Origin: Podarcis muralis
Lineage: Eukaryota
Length of the DNA stretch: 64,000 nt
NCBI RefSeq assembly: GCF_964188315.1
Contig: NC_135669.1
Location: 4,464,001-4,528,000 of the forward strand
Reading direction: 5' to 3'
Of the stretch, positions 1 through 12,592 are shown one piece after another. How positions within the stretch are numbered: position 1 is the stretch's first letter; each line of letters opens with the position of its first letter. The translations under genes and the position numbers were made by a program. A model generated the notes under the pieces. It made no database searches and had not been told where the DNA came from. It saw only the letters and a list, made by a program, of their open reading frames with translations.

Positions 1-132
1 AGGATTTATGAATGAACACATGTGACACTGAAATGGATCAGTAACCCACTTTACAAAAAAATTAACTATTGTCACTTTCTTAAATTGTCTCAACCTACAT
101 AGGAGATGCATTAAAGGGATATTCAGATTAAA

Positions 133-254
133 TAATGGTAGCAAATGTGGGTAGCAGAAACCAAATGTTTTGGACTACATATCCCATTATCCCTGGCTGG
201 CACTGATGGGAGCTGCAGTCCACAGCATCTGGAGAGCATCATGTTGCCCATGCT
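133..254. mobile_element. Degenerate palindromic hAT-type MITE (ggactacaactcccatcatccct family)
   Basis: Internal inverted core ggactacatatccc...gggagctgcagtcc; flanked by the direct repeat agattaaata (125-134 and 255-264). Confidence 0.6.
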
Positions 255-1865
255 AGATTAAATAAACAATGTTTAAAATCCACCCAGATTCTAAATCTCC
301 TTTATCCCATAGTTTAGGACAGATTTGTGTTTTTTTAAAAGGAGTTCTTTTTATTACTAAAGAATTCTTAATAAATACGTTATTTTCTATTTGAAAAAAA
401 TGATCCTTGGATGCATAGGACATAAATCACTCCAAATTGCTACTTTGATAAATGTGGACAAAATAATAAAATTTGTCACCAACCTAATATTACCATCAAT
501 GTTTTGTCTAGCTACATTCCTTCCAATTTAAAAACAGTTCAATACCTCTTTTACCTTCAAGTAGCAGCACTTAATAAACAGTGATGGATGCTTTTTATTT
601 CCAGCCCCCGCTATCCCTCCCCTTCTCCCACCTCCCTGTGTTTCAGACTTCCCTATCTATGTTACAAGGGGATTGTTTAGCTTGGGGAAAATGTAGATCT
701 TCCATCCTTCTTCCATTGACATGCATCCCTCAAGGAATGACGGCCATATTTAATTCATAATCCCCGTTGGCTACACAAACATACAACTTCCCATCAATTA
801 GGCAACACAGAGATGCTGTTAAAAATCAATGAGCTTATTATTAAATATATTTTCTTTTCATGTAACAATCAGAGTTATCGGTGTGGCTGCAATGTCAGTG
901 CTTTAAATGCTTTTAAAAGGCAGCAGATTTGCTGTATAATAGGAAAACATTTGAAAAACAAAACAACAAAATGAAAACTCAACATTACATTTGCTGAACT
1001 ACCCAAACCATTTAGGGAAGAACTTGGCTGATACATTGCTTTTAACATTTATTGTAAATGTTGGAAGTAAGGGATTGCTGATTGTATATTTTATCTCCAT
1101 ACTGTAAATTAGCAATGATCTATATAAACCAGTTAAGAAGAGCTGTTGCTGATTAGATCTATTTAAAAATATGGTCTGTGCATATTTGTGTTTTCATTGT
1201 GGCATGTTTATTGGAAATTATTTGGATATTTTGACACATGCCACTGGAGTGGTTTTTCCATTCCTACAAACAGAGGCGTTAATTCAGTTCCAACTCATTC
1301 AAAGGTTCCCCCACCCCCACCCCACCCCCCAAACCACGCATGCACACACTCCAAAGATTTTGGCACGGGTCTCTTCTGCTGTCTGGCCACAGCTGATCTG
1401 AAGTGAGTCCCCTGTAATTATAGAAGAAGGAGGAACAGGTTTCCTGCTAATTGGAAAATTCTGCAAATGGCACCACTGAAGTAAATTGACAGTCGTTAGA
1501 ATATTAGCAAAATGAGAAAACTGATTAGGAAAAGCTCAGATGTTAACTCTCTTTTTAAAATATACCCACACCAAACAGCTTGATTTTAACCAAGCAAATT
1601 GAGAATAAAAGTTTAGTGTAATAGAAGTTGTGATTTAACTGGGTAAGATATATGATGTATTCAGTAAACAGAAACCCTTTCAGTTGAACATGTGTTAAGG
1701 GCTTTCCATGCTCACTCAAGCTCCAAAATGCCAGGAAAGAACATCTGCTAATGGACACACCCTTAACATGCGCTATGTAGGCAATATTGTGGTCCTTGTG
1801 TCTGAGAATTAGGTGCACGGCTTGTTCTGGGAGGGGCTGCCCTCCCTCCAAAGGAGCATGTTTGC

Positions 1866-2010
1866 AGATCATAGAATCACAGTTGAAAGGGACCCTGAGG
1901 GTCATCTAGTCCAACCCCCTGCGATGTCGGAATATGCAGCTGTCTCATACAGGGATCAAACCTGAAACCTTGGCATTATCAGAAACATGCTCTAACCAAC
2001 TACTGAGCTA
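1866..2010 (-). mobile_element. tRNA-derived SINE with CR1-type tail
   Basis: Minus strand reads tagctcagtagttggttagagcatg (A-box-like), ggtttgatccc (B-box-like), then the CR1 3' end ggggttggactagatgaccctcagggtccc...attctatgat. Confidence 0.75.
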
Positions 2011-2924
2011 GTACTCCTGGATTCCAATGTGTCACTGGAGTTTCAAGTGACTTGTGTGTCTAAGAGCACTTATTTGCAGCTGGGGGTGATTTACCAGTAA
2101 GGTCATTCCTAGATAGTGATAGCCTGGCCTCAGTCGTGGGGGAGCTACCACTGGGGGTTGTCAAGTTGGTGGTGACCCATGAGAAGGAATGCTCTCCCTA
2201 GTGAGCTGTGTCTTCCTTCTTCGTGACGGACTTTCAGGAGAAATTTCAAAACCAGTGGCTGAGAATATAATATTTTAAACTGTGTTTATAATGTTTCAAA
2301 ACTACTTTTAAAATTGTTTTATCATTGCTGTGTCTGCTGCCCTGGGTTCCTTTGGGAGGAAGGGTGGGACATAAATCAAACCAATAAATAAGAAATAATT
2401 GCCATGATATGGTATGCTCTGTTGTCCTGCACTTAGTTGCAGCTTCCCCACTGCCTTGAGCTGGTGGGGTAGTCCAAGATTGGTCTGTTCCCATGGAGTC
2501 TGTGTAACTGAAGCTTTTATGCAACTGGAGCTCCCATTCCACATTCCGCAACTGGGAATCTATATCATCCACCCAGACTGAACAATGCTAACTTCTGGTT
2601 GAGTTGGGATACAACATGATGGCCAGACTGCACTTGCAGCAAGCAAACAAACTGCTTATGTAAAAGGAAGAATCTGCTACTGCCACTGCTGTTCGTGAGC
2701 CCCACTTCTGTTCTCCTCTCCCTGGAGAAAACAGTTGCTCCCCTCCCCATATACTCTGGCCATGAGTAGAGTAGAGTAGAGAGTTGCAGGAGGCCATTTG
2801 CACACAGCAATAATCCAGTCCCTGGCATTTGCAGTTAAAAGGATTGGGCGACAGGGGACATTAATGACCCATCCCCTTTGCCCCGAAGAGCGGCTGCCAG
2901 TCAGAGTAGACAGGAAAGGGGGGA

Positions 2925-4135
2925 AACTGATGAGATAATTGGTGACTTCCATTATCCTAACTTTGACTGAGTAAATGCACATGCAGGTCATGACAGAGAG
3001 CTTCAGAATAGTAAAGTCATGGAACTGTCAAGAGGGGAGTTGGCCTTTGATTTAATACTGAGTGGTGCCTAGGATCTGATAAGAGATGTAAGTGTTGCTG
3101 AACCAATTGGGAATAGCGGCCCAAACACTACCAAATTCAGTGTGTGTGTGCGTGTGTCACTGGAAAATTGCCCAGAAAAATCTAATACAGTTGCATTTAA
3201 CTTTAGAAGAGGGAATATCTCCAAAATGAGGGGATTACTTAAAAGGAAGCTGAGGGGCAGAGTCGGGAGGTTTAAAAATCCCTTCAGGAAGCAGGCAGGT
3301 TATTTAAAACCACTATAAGAAAGTTTCAGATAAAACACATGCTGCAAACTAGAAGGAGCACAAACAAGTCCATGAAGATGCCAACATGGTTAGATAGCAG
3401 TGTCAAGGAAATGCTAGAAAGCTTCCTTTGAAAAGAGCACATTCTGATAAGGAACAGAAAACAAGCTAAGTAAATTGTAGAGCTTTCGAACTATAAGAGA
3501 GTAAAAGGGGGGAAGGGAAATTGCAGAGAGGACCAACAAACTCTTTGCATCAGTCTTTATTCTAAATTATAACCACATTGAATTATAACCACTTCCTGAA
3601 ACACAACCACATTGAAACCATGGTTACCACAGAGGGTGTCTGAAAAGTATATCAAGCAGAGAATGAAGTTTTACAGGTAAATGACAAATTGCAAATTGAT
3701 AACTCCACTAGACCAGGTAGCATTCAGTTGAAAGTCCTTAAAGAATCTGCATGTAAAACGTCTGGTCTTTAAGCAACTCATCATTAAATTGTAGAGGATA
3801 GGCAATATAGCCAATGTATCACCCATTTTCAAAACAAGTTCCAGGGGGAATTCAGGAAACAATAGACCTGTCAGCCTAAGTTCAGTCCTAGATAAATTGA
3901 TTGAAGAATTAATGAAGCTAAAATTGTGAAATACATACAGTAGAAGAACAAGCTTTGCTGAGGATGAATCAGTATAACTTTTGCAAAGTGTGCTACTGCC
4001 TTATCACCTTTGCATAAATTTTTGAGAGTACCAACAGATTGTAACGGGCAATGTGGAAAACGTTATAATACTTGTACTCACAAAAAGCCTTTGCCATCTT
4101 AACCATAAAGAATATTTGAGATGCAACATGGGAAA
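2925..4135 (+). mobile_element. Degraded CR1 LINE ORF2 fragment (endonuclease end to RT)
   Basis: Broken motifs IIGDFHYP, FDLILSG, FNFRRGN, PGSIQLKVLKE (GPDGIHPRVLKE-like), NRPVSLS, LYSQKAF (YLDFQKAF-like); many stops and frameshifts. Confidence 0.8.
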
Positions 4136-4619
4136 AGTTATATTTATTAACTATAACAAATTACAGGATCTGCACAAACCAATCAACCAGATCAGCCAAA
4201 TCAAAGCAGCCCAAGCAGCCCTCTCATCTCCTGGGCACATGCACAGCCATCATCTGTAGCCATGCAGCAAAAGATTGGAGGAAATTCTCCTTCCTTCCTA
4301 CATGAACCTTGGGTATGGGAACCTCACCTGCAGACTGTGGTCCTGCTGTCCAGCATTCCAAGCCTTAAGGGCATCTCCCCCTGCCAGACCAACAGCAGTG
4401 AAAGGTGAATAAACCCAATAATGCCTCAGGTGTTTAACCAAACACTTCTTAAATTCTCTCACTTAAATGCAAATTAAACAAAATACACAAACTGTCACTC
4501 CAGCAGCAAGGAAAAGCACCTAGCTGTGTGAAGAGTGTATACAAGAGGAGTTGCAATCAGGCCAATCAATGCTAGGAATTGGCCTAGCATGTGCAATGGA
4601 GACTTGGGCCTGTTCTTGC

Positions 4620-5820
4620 CACTGCTTGCCCACTAGGTTTCTCTTTTGCACAGCAACCCAATCATATGGGCAGGGAGCGGGAGTTGCAGTGATTTTTAGG
4701 AAGTCATTAGCCTGTACCAGGCATCCTATTAGGGAGATCCAGTTTTCTGAGTGCATGTTCTGGAAGTTGGGCAATAGGGGCAGTGCAGGATTCCTATTGG
4801 TGTACCAAGGATTCCCTGCCCAAACTGCTTCAGTTCGTGGAGCATGTTCTCCTGGAGACACCTAGTTTGGCAGTGCTAGGGGATTTTAACATCCATGCCA
4901 ACACAACCTTACAAGGGGCTGCTCGGGACTTCGTGGAAAGCATGGCTTCCATGGGGTTGTCCTGTGTAAATGTCTGGAGGTGGTTGGCAGATGGATGGCA
5001 GCTAACAGACTGAGGTTGAATCCTGACAAGACAGAAGTACTGTTCTTGGGGAAAAGGGGGTGGGTGGGTATGGGGGACTCCCTGGTCCTGAATGGGGTAA
5101 CCGTGCCCCTGAAAGACTAGGTGCGCAGCCTGGGAGTCATTCTGGACTCACAGCTGTCCATGGAGGCACAGATCAATTCTGTGTCCAGGACAGCTGTTTA
5201 CCAGCTCCTTCTGGTATGCAGGCTGAGACCCTACATGCCCACAGACTGTCTCGCTAAACTGGTGCATGCCCTGGTTATCTCTCACTTGGACTACTGCAAT
5301 GTGCTCTATGTGGAGCTACCTTTGAAGGTGACCTGAAAACTACAATTAATCCAGAATGTGGCAGCTAGACTGGTGACTGGGAGTGGCCACCGGAACAATA
5401 TAACACCTGTCCTATATGATCTTCTTCACTGGCTCCCAATATGTTTCCGGGCACAATTCAAAGTGTTGGAGCTGACCTTTAAAGCCCTAAACGGCCTTAG
5501 CCCAGTATACCTGAAGGAGCATCTCTATCTCCACCACTCAGCCCAGACACTGAGGTCCTCCTCCAAGGGTCTTCTGCCGGTTCCCACACTGCAAGAAGCG
5601 AAGTTACAGGGAACCAGGCAGGGGGCCTTCTTGGTAGTGGTGACCTCCCTGTGGAACACCCTCCCCTCAGATGTCAAGGAAATAAACAACTATCAGACTT
5701 TTAGAAGACATCTGAAGGCAGCCCTGTTTAGGGAAGATTTTAAGGATTGATGTTTTTATTATGTTTTAAGATATGTTGTAAGCAGCCCAGCCAGGGAAAC
5801 ACAGACAGATGGGTGGGATA
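4620..5820 (+). mobile_element. L2 LINE, internally deleted (EN fragment joined to RT C-terminus and 3' UTR)
   Basis: GAGVAVIFRK and LAVLGDFNIH (APE endonuclease); then RLNPDKTEVL, LGVILDSQLSM, HALVISHLDYCN, AARLVTG, HWLPICFRAQFKVL, LWNTLP; AT-rich tail near 5820. Confidence 0.9.
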
Positions 5821-7060
5821 TAATTAATAATTTTTTTTAATTATGAATCAGGGTCTCCCCCCCCCCAAAAAAAATAAATAAATTACTCAGCCTCACAAAA
5901 TGAGTGACAGCCGAAGCCCACACTGCAATGGGAGCAGCAATGAAGGAGGGGGCAGAATGTGGGGTGGAGCCAACTGAGGAAGCTGGGCCACTGCCCCTTT
6001 CTGACTGAGCCAAAGAGCCCGAGTTCTGACCCCCAATCCTCCCCACAAGCCCCAATCCTTGGGGTTGTGGGGTGTGACAAGTTTGCCCCTACTTGGGGGT
6101 GGGAGGGCATTGACCAACTTCTCCACCAATTATTTCTAAGTAAAAGTTTACTAAGTAAACCATCACAGGTCAGGGGAATAGATCCTCTTCAGAATCCATA
6201 TATGGGTAAATATGGGAAAGCAAATTGTAAGGGGAGAGGAGAGAGAAGTTCTTCCTCCTTGCTCCTAATATTAGAATTGAGATCAGCCAGTGAATAGACC
6301 AATGAAAGTACTATGGCACACAACACACAGTATCCATTCAAGTGCTATGCCTGAATTGGGCACGTAAAGCCAAGTAACAAGCCCAAACAAACCAATGTTG
6401 TGTTGGGGAAGTGCCATAGCTCAACTGTATTGTAATTTAAGCATTAACACCACTGGTGAAGAATTTCGTAATCATCAGGGTGTTTCCCATTCTTGACTTC
6501 TAACAGTTAGGAAGCTGCCATGTACCGAGTTGGACCACTGGTTAGTCCATCCTCAGGAGTGAAGAACCTGTGCCCTCTAGTTGTTTCAGGACTACAACTC
6601 CCAGAATTCCTGTCAATTGGCCATGCTGGCTTCCAGAGTTTCTGAAAGAGATCTTTCTCAGTTGTACTCTGCCACTGAGCTATGGCCCCTTTGCTTCACC
6701 AGCACAAAGTGGACACTCCACAGGCCCAGAACTTTTTTAAAAAATGAAAGTAATTTCTTAAGCAGTGAACGTCTTACAGATAGGAGAAAGGAACAGATGG
6801 TTGCATATATAGGCACAGAGAGCTCCCTCTGGCTGCATTTTGGGTTTTGTGTCCCCCTCCCCTGGCTCTTTATACCCTCTTCCTGAAGGGGTGGAGAGTT
6901 ACTGGGCAGCTCCATGTATGGTTTTCAACACAGTGCTTTCTGTTCTGAAGACTTTCCCCTAAATAGCTTCTCAGAAATTTGTATTGCACATAAGCTTTTG
7001 ATCTGGAGCATAATAACATCAAGATTACTTTAGTCATCTAATTGAAAAAAATCTAATCAA

Positions 7061-7065
<5 letters not shown>

Positions 7066-7113
<48 letters not shown>
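7066..7113. repeat. (GT)n microsatellite
   Basis: About 24 uninterrupted GT units. Confidence 0.98.
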
Positions 7114-7115
<2 letters not shown>

Positions 7116-7624
7116 AGGGGTGGGGGACAGCAGCTGGGGTGAAGGGTGGTTCAGATCAAGGAGATGGCAGATGGTAACAGGGTAAAGCTCCTCTTCCCTG
7201 CCCCCAGATGGCACTTTTACAATCCTGAGGGCCTCTCAGAAACTGTTTTCCTGTCTTAAAAAAGTCGGCTAATGTTACACCCTTCTGTGTGTAACCCACC
7301 AGTTTGAACCTAACTCTACATGCTATCAAGATATACATCTCTCTCTAACTGAAATCAAATAGATTTTTGAAAACCCTTGTCTTTGATTTGGTTATATGCA
7401 GTGTTTTTAGCTTTTCATTGCTCAGGGAGTATCTATACTGCAGATATCAGTTTTATTACCATTTAATTCACACAGCTGTTCTCCCCTCCCCCCCCCCCAA
7501 AAAAAAATTCTAAATATGATGATCTGGTGAGTTTGACTGTGAATTATCCCTAGGACTACAGTTCGTAAATTTTCCTGGGGAGAAAGAATTTTAGATTTAA
7601 ATCACCTTATATCTTCGCTGTAGT

Positions 7625-7986
7625 GGGATGCGGGTGGCGCTGTGGTCTAAACCACAGAGCTTAGGGCTTGCTGATCAAAAGGTTGGCGGTTCAAATCCCT
7701 GCGACGGGGTGAGCTCCCATTGCTCAGTCCCAGCTCCTGCCCACCTAGCAGTTCAAAAGCACGTCAAAGTGCAAGTAGATAAATAAGTATCACTCCGGAG
7801 GGAAGGTAAACGGCATTTCCGTGCACTGCTCTGGTTCGCCAGAAGCGGCTTAGTCATGCTGGCCACATGACCTGGAAAAACTGTCTGTGGACAAACGCCG
7901 GCTTCCTTGGCCTATAGAGCGAGATGAGCGCACAACGCCAGAGTCGTCCATGACTGGACCTAACGGTCAGGGGTACCTTTGCCTTT
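7625..7986 (+). mobile_element. Sauria SINE, full length
   Basis: Head gggatgcgggtggcgctgtggtctaaacc, B-box ggttcaaatccc, body tagcagttcaaaagcac...gtgcaagtagataaata, tail ggtacctttgccttt; TSD ttatatctt(c/t)gctgtag at 7607-7623 and 7985-8001. Confidence 0.95.
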
Positions 7987-9630
7987 ATATCTTTGCTGTA
8001 GAATCTATTAATTAATTTGTGAGGCAACTTACAATCAAGTTTAAAATCTTTTCAAATACCATAAATTGCCCAGGTGAAGATGAGAGTCAATGGGCTTTAT
8101 TCGGGGGGGGGGGGACAACTGAAAAGACCCTCCCCCTTGTTGCCACTCTTTGCACCTCTCTCGTAGGAGACACAAGGAGAAGAGCCTCGAATAACACTTG
8201 TTGGGTACATTCCAACATAAATTCAGGATCAAACTAGATTAGCCACATAAGTTGCTCTTACATAGATTTTTTTTTTAAAAAAACTAGATAGTTGGCAGGA
8301 GGTGATTGCGAGTACAATGGCACGGGGAGGGTGTTAGCTCTATACCTCTGCCGTGTCATGATCTGAACCCCACACACCTGTTGTTCACAGTTGGAGAAAA
8401 GCTCACATTGGCTGCAGGGGGAGCTTTCCTCCCATTGACCACCAAGGGAGCTTTCCTCCCATTGCAAATAATAGATACTGTGAGTTGATTTCTATTAGGA
8501 TCATGATGAAGGCAAGGATTAAAAATCTCCCTCTGCACCACAGTCTTGATATCTCTCCCCCACCCTATGCCAGCTTTTTTTTATAAAAAAAAGGGCTTTC
8601 AGTGGGAAAGGATGACAAAATAGCATTATCAATCCAAATGAAATTTGAAGCATTAGTAGTCCGTAACATTCTCAATTCTGTATTGCAGTTACACCTGTCT
8701 GATTATAATCTTGGGGATTTAACTGGCAAAATTGAAATAACTAGATTTTGATATTTCAGATAAATCATAGAATCATAGAATGGTAGAGTTGAAGATTGGG
8801 CTATATCAGTGCAATGTCCCCTTCCTCTATTCTCCCTCTGTAGCCCCCAAATCTATTCTGCACTTTCCCCCAGATTTTGGGAGGTGCAGATTTTGGGAGG
8901 TGCAGGGGGAAGGAGGGGGAGGGGAAGTTCATTGTGCTAGTGGAAGACTTTGGATTCAACTCAAAGTGTGGTGTTAACCTTCTGTGCATGCATACATAAA
9001 AGCACCCAATAATTTAATGTATTTATTACATAGAATTATATTTGAAAAGTACACAATCACATTTACAATTAAAATCCAAAGATTATTAAAATCTCTTCCA
9101 CAGTCACAACTCTAGAATGCCACAAAGCTAAAGATTCAGATGATTTCGTAAGGAACTCTTTTCAGCAAAGATGTCTGTTTCCCAATGAGCTTGCACATCT
9201 CTTGTCACCATACTTTCCCAGGGTCCTGCAGTGTCTGGGGTGTCAGGCAGGGCCACTGGTCTCCCACTCCCTCCTTTCATCGCAAAAAAGGAAGTCCAGG
9301 TTAAAACCTTAGTGTGTTTCTAGTTAATGGATCTCAGGCAGCAATACTTGGCAATCAGAGCTTCAAGGGTAGTCTCTTCACACATTGCCAAGAAAGAGGG
9401 CAAAGGAGGACAGAGATCTGCATAAAATTTGCATATCACAATAGATGCAAATTTAGAAATATTTGCTATAATTTAAATAGAAATACAATATATTTCACCA
9501 AGGAAGACTGTGACCAGGTAGTCTATGTAGCTGCTTAGTCTGCTGCAGAGATGCTGATCCAATGATACTTGTACTCAGAATAGACCCATTAAAAATGACA
9601 GACAGGGTAAACTTAGCTCCATTGATTTTA

Positions 9631-9961
9631 CAGTGGTGCCTCGCAAGACGAAATTAATCCATTCTGCGAGTCTCTTCATCTTGCGGTTTTTTCATCTTGC
9701 GAAGCACGGCTATTAGCGGCTTAGCTGCTATTAGCGGCTTAGTGGCTATTAACGGCTTAGCGGCTTAGCGGCTATTAACGGCTTAGCGGCTTAGCGGCTT
9801 TAAGAAAAAGGAAACAAACTCGCAAGAACTCGCAAGACGTTTCGTCTTGCGAAGCAAGCCCATAGGGAAATCCGTCTTGCGGAACGACTCAAAAAACAGA
9901 AAACCCTTTCATCTAGCGAGTTTTTCGTCTTGCAAGGCATTCATCTTGCGGGGCACCACTG
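9631..9961. mobile_element. Tc1/mariner-type MITE with internal TTAGCGGC tandem array
   Basis: TIRs cagtggtgcctcgcaagacg / catcttgcggggcaccactg; TA on both flanks; internal array at about 9709-9799. Confidence 0.85.
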
Positions 9962-10089
9962 TAATTGGTCTACTATGGGTAGATGTGATTTAGATACACA
10001 CCTAACTGGGGAAACCCAGCCAGATGGGTGGGTTATAAATAAAAAAAAATATTACTATTACAGTATGGGCAAATCCAAGACACTACTTC

Positions 10090-11163
10090 CCACTTTTCAT
10101 TTTTTTTCCTTTTTTCCTTTTTTCCTTTTTTTTTTTTTTTTTTTTTGCTTTTCTGTTCTATCTTATCATCAACACATTCTATGTTACACAGGATAATAAG
10201 AAAGAAAAATAACACACACACACGAGAATATTAATGGTAACATAACTTTTCCCTCCAGTTTATTTGTCTCTTATAAACCTTCACTTTAGCTTCCACTCTT
10301 TCCCTGGTTTCCGATCTGCTCTTTTCAACTGTGTTTTCTTACTCTGCTAAGTTGTTTTCATTACCTTACCACGTTGTAACATCTACTGCTAAATATTTTT
10401 TGTCAGCCTGTTATGATTATTTTCTTTTTATAATATTTTTCTGTATGATCTATATACAATCTCCACTCCTCTTTTAAATCCTTATCATCTTTATATCTCA
10501 ATCTATTTGTCATGCTGGCAAGTTCTATATATTCTAATATTCTAAGGTGCCACTCTTCTCTCCACTTTTGTGCTACCAAATTCGGGCAGCTTTGGTCACA
10601 TACACCCATAGAGTAATTTGATTGGGGGGGGGTTCTTATGTTATTATTCCCAGAATAAAGCTTCTGAGGTTTTGGGAAATGTCCTTCTAAACACTTTCTT
10701 AAGTTCCTTATACACCATCTCCCAAAATTCTTTTATTATTCCACAAGACCACCATGAATGATAAAATGTGCCGGTTGTTTCTTTGCACTTCCAACATAGG
10801 TCTCTTTTTGATCTAAACATTTTGGCTAGTTCACTTGGTGTCAAATACCACCTATGGATCATTTTTAAGAAGTTGTCTTTTAACGCATAACTAGCAGTAA
10901 ATTTTAGATTTGTTTTCCACAATTGTTCCCACAAATTCAAATCAATATTTTGACCCACATCTTGTGCCCATTTGATCATAGATGATTTCACAAGTTCTTC
11001 ATTCGTTTCCTGGTCAAGTAATATCCTATACATTTTAGATAAATTTTTAACTCTAGATCTTAATATTGCTTTTTTGAATTTTTATGGTTTTTCTGCAAAT
11101 CCCAAATTCTTATCTGCCTTAAATTTTGAGTTTATTTGGTGATAGCCAATCCAACACATATTC

Positions 11164-11215
<52 letters not shown>

Positions 11216-11640
11216 GGTTTTGGTGTCCTCGGGTGTCTTCCCGTGTAAAAGTTGGGGTGTCTAGGCGACGTTTCAACGAGGTCTCACTCGTCATCTTCAG
11301 GCTGGTGCTTTCGGCTTCTTGTTACTGTTCCAGTAACAAGAAGCCGAAAGCACCAGCCTGAAGATGACGAGTGAGACCTCGTTGAAACGTCGCCTAGACA
11401 CCCCAACTTTTACACGGGAAGACACCCGAGGACACCAAAACCTGCATTCCTGTACCCGTGAAAATCTACGAAAGCAAATATATATATATATATATATATT
11501 CATTATATATTCATATTCATTATAGGTTCCCCAGTTGCCATTTTTTTCCTTGTCTCTGTTTCTATTGAGGATAGCCACCTTGGTGTTTTGCTCTCTATTT
11601 TTTAATATATTTTTCCCATACCCTATTTTTTTCCTCTCCT
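10090..11640 (-). mobile_element. 5'-truncated L1-clade LINE (ORF2 C-terminus and 3' UTR), interrupted by a Penelope-like insertion
   Basis: ORF 10644-11033 has RWYLTPSELAKM...CWKCKETTGTFYHSWWSC (L1 ORF2 CCHC-type C-terminus); the T-rich tract at 10095-10146 corresponds to an A-rich tail. Confidence 0.85.
11211..11477 (+). mobile_element. Penelope-like element remnant forming a perfect inverted repeat
   Basis: 11211-11327 is the exact reverse complement of 11331-11447 (3-nt loop); contains ctgaagatgacgagtgagacctcgttgaaacgtc; ends cccgtgaaaatctacgaaagc; flanked by (TA)n on both sides. Confidence 0.8.
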
Positions 11641-11972
11641 AATAACATGCATGGCGAAGCTTTTATGTATTCCAACTTTGCTGTACCAAATACAAGCATG
11701 CCAGCCATATTTGACATCATGACCCTCCAAATCCAGCAGCTGTGTATTTTCTAGCAATAGCCAGTCTTTTATCCAACAAAGGCAGGCAGCTTCAAAATAC
11801 AGTTCTAAGTCTGGGATTGTGAAACCTCCTCTGTCTTTTCATTCTTATGGACCTTTATGCTAGACTAAAGACGGGGGAGCCCTAAAAGCAGAGGATGCCT
11901 TCAAATACAGGAATGGCCTCTGTAGAGTAGGACACACCACAACCATAAGAGTTTCTGACAATTATAGTAAAT

Positions 11973-12109
11973 CAAGGGTCGGGGACTTTTGCTTGCCATA
12001 TGTTCCTGAACTACAACTCCCATCTACCCCTGCAAGCATGGCCAGTGGCCAGGGATGGATGGCAGTTGTAGTCCCACAACATCTGAAGGACCAAAGGTTC
12101 CCACCCCTG
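11973..12109. mobile_element. Palindromic hAT MITE
   Basis: Termini caagggtcgggga / ttcccacccctg; internal actacaactccc / gcagttgtagt; 8-bp TSD (t/c)agtaaat. Confidence 0.75.
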
Positions 12110-12298
12110 CAGTAAATAGTACCAGGTGGCATAGACAACTGCTTTGATACTGCTATGTACTGTAGGCATGTTCATAAGTTGGCCTGAACTCACAAAGGTT
12201 CACAAAGTATGGATGGGGGCTGGGGATAAGGGGCACATCATCATGCATGTTGTGCCCCTTACATTCCATTACTTTCCTCATATTTTCCTGCATAGAAG

Positions 12299-12418
12299 GG
12301 GTTGTAACCAATGCTAGTCCCACTCAGAGTAGGTCCACTGAAATTAATGACCACAGCTAACTTAGCTTCATTAATTTCAAAGGGTCTCCTGTGAAAAGAA
12401 CTCAGTTACATGCAACCC
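12299..12418. repeat. Short (~115 bp) palindromic dispersed repeat; other copies at 34097-34208 and split by a MITE at 9553-9997
   Basis: ggttgtaaccaatgctagtcccactcagagtag...tgaaattaatga / tcattaatttca...gcaacc imperfect inverted structure shared among three loci. Confidence 0.65.
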
Positions 12419-12544
12419 AAGGTGACTTCCACATGCAATCACTTGAACCTGAGAAGAACCGTCTACCCTCTGGTACAGCAAGGTCCCCAGTCATGCAAAG
12501 CAGTCATCACAAATAAAAGACCACTGCAGACCTTCTTTCCTCAA

Positions 12545-12546
<2 letters not shown>

Positions 12547-12588
<42 letters not shown>
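12547..12588. repeat. (GT)n microsatellite
   Basis: Uninterrupted GT run. Confidence 0.98.

Positions 12589-12592
<4 letters not shown>

Noticed and set aside
2246-2572. Minus-strand ORF containing VWVDDI, resembling an RT YxDD motif or viral polymerase
   Set aside because: Flanking residues do not match retroviral, gypsy or hepadnaviral RT motifs; there is an in-frame stop just upstream; the ORF runs into an L2 tail.
9709-9799. Short regularly repeated units that could suggest a CRISPR-like array
   Set aside because: No unique spacers; eukaryotic context; the array is internal to a TA-flanked MITE.
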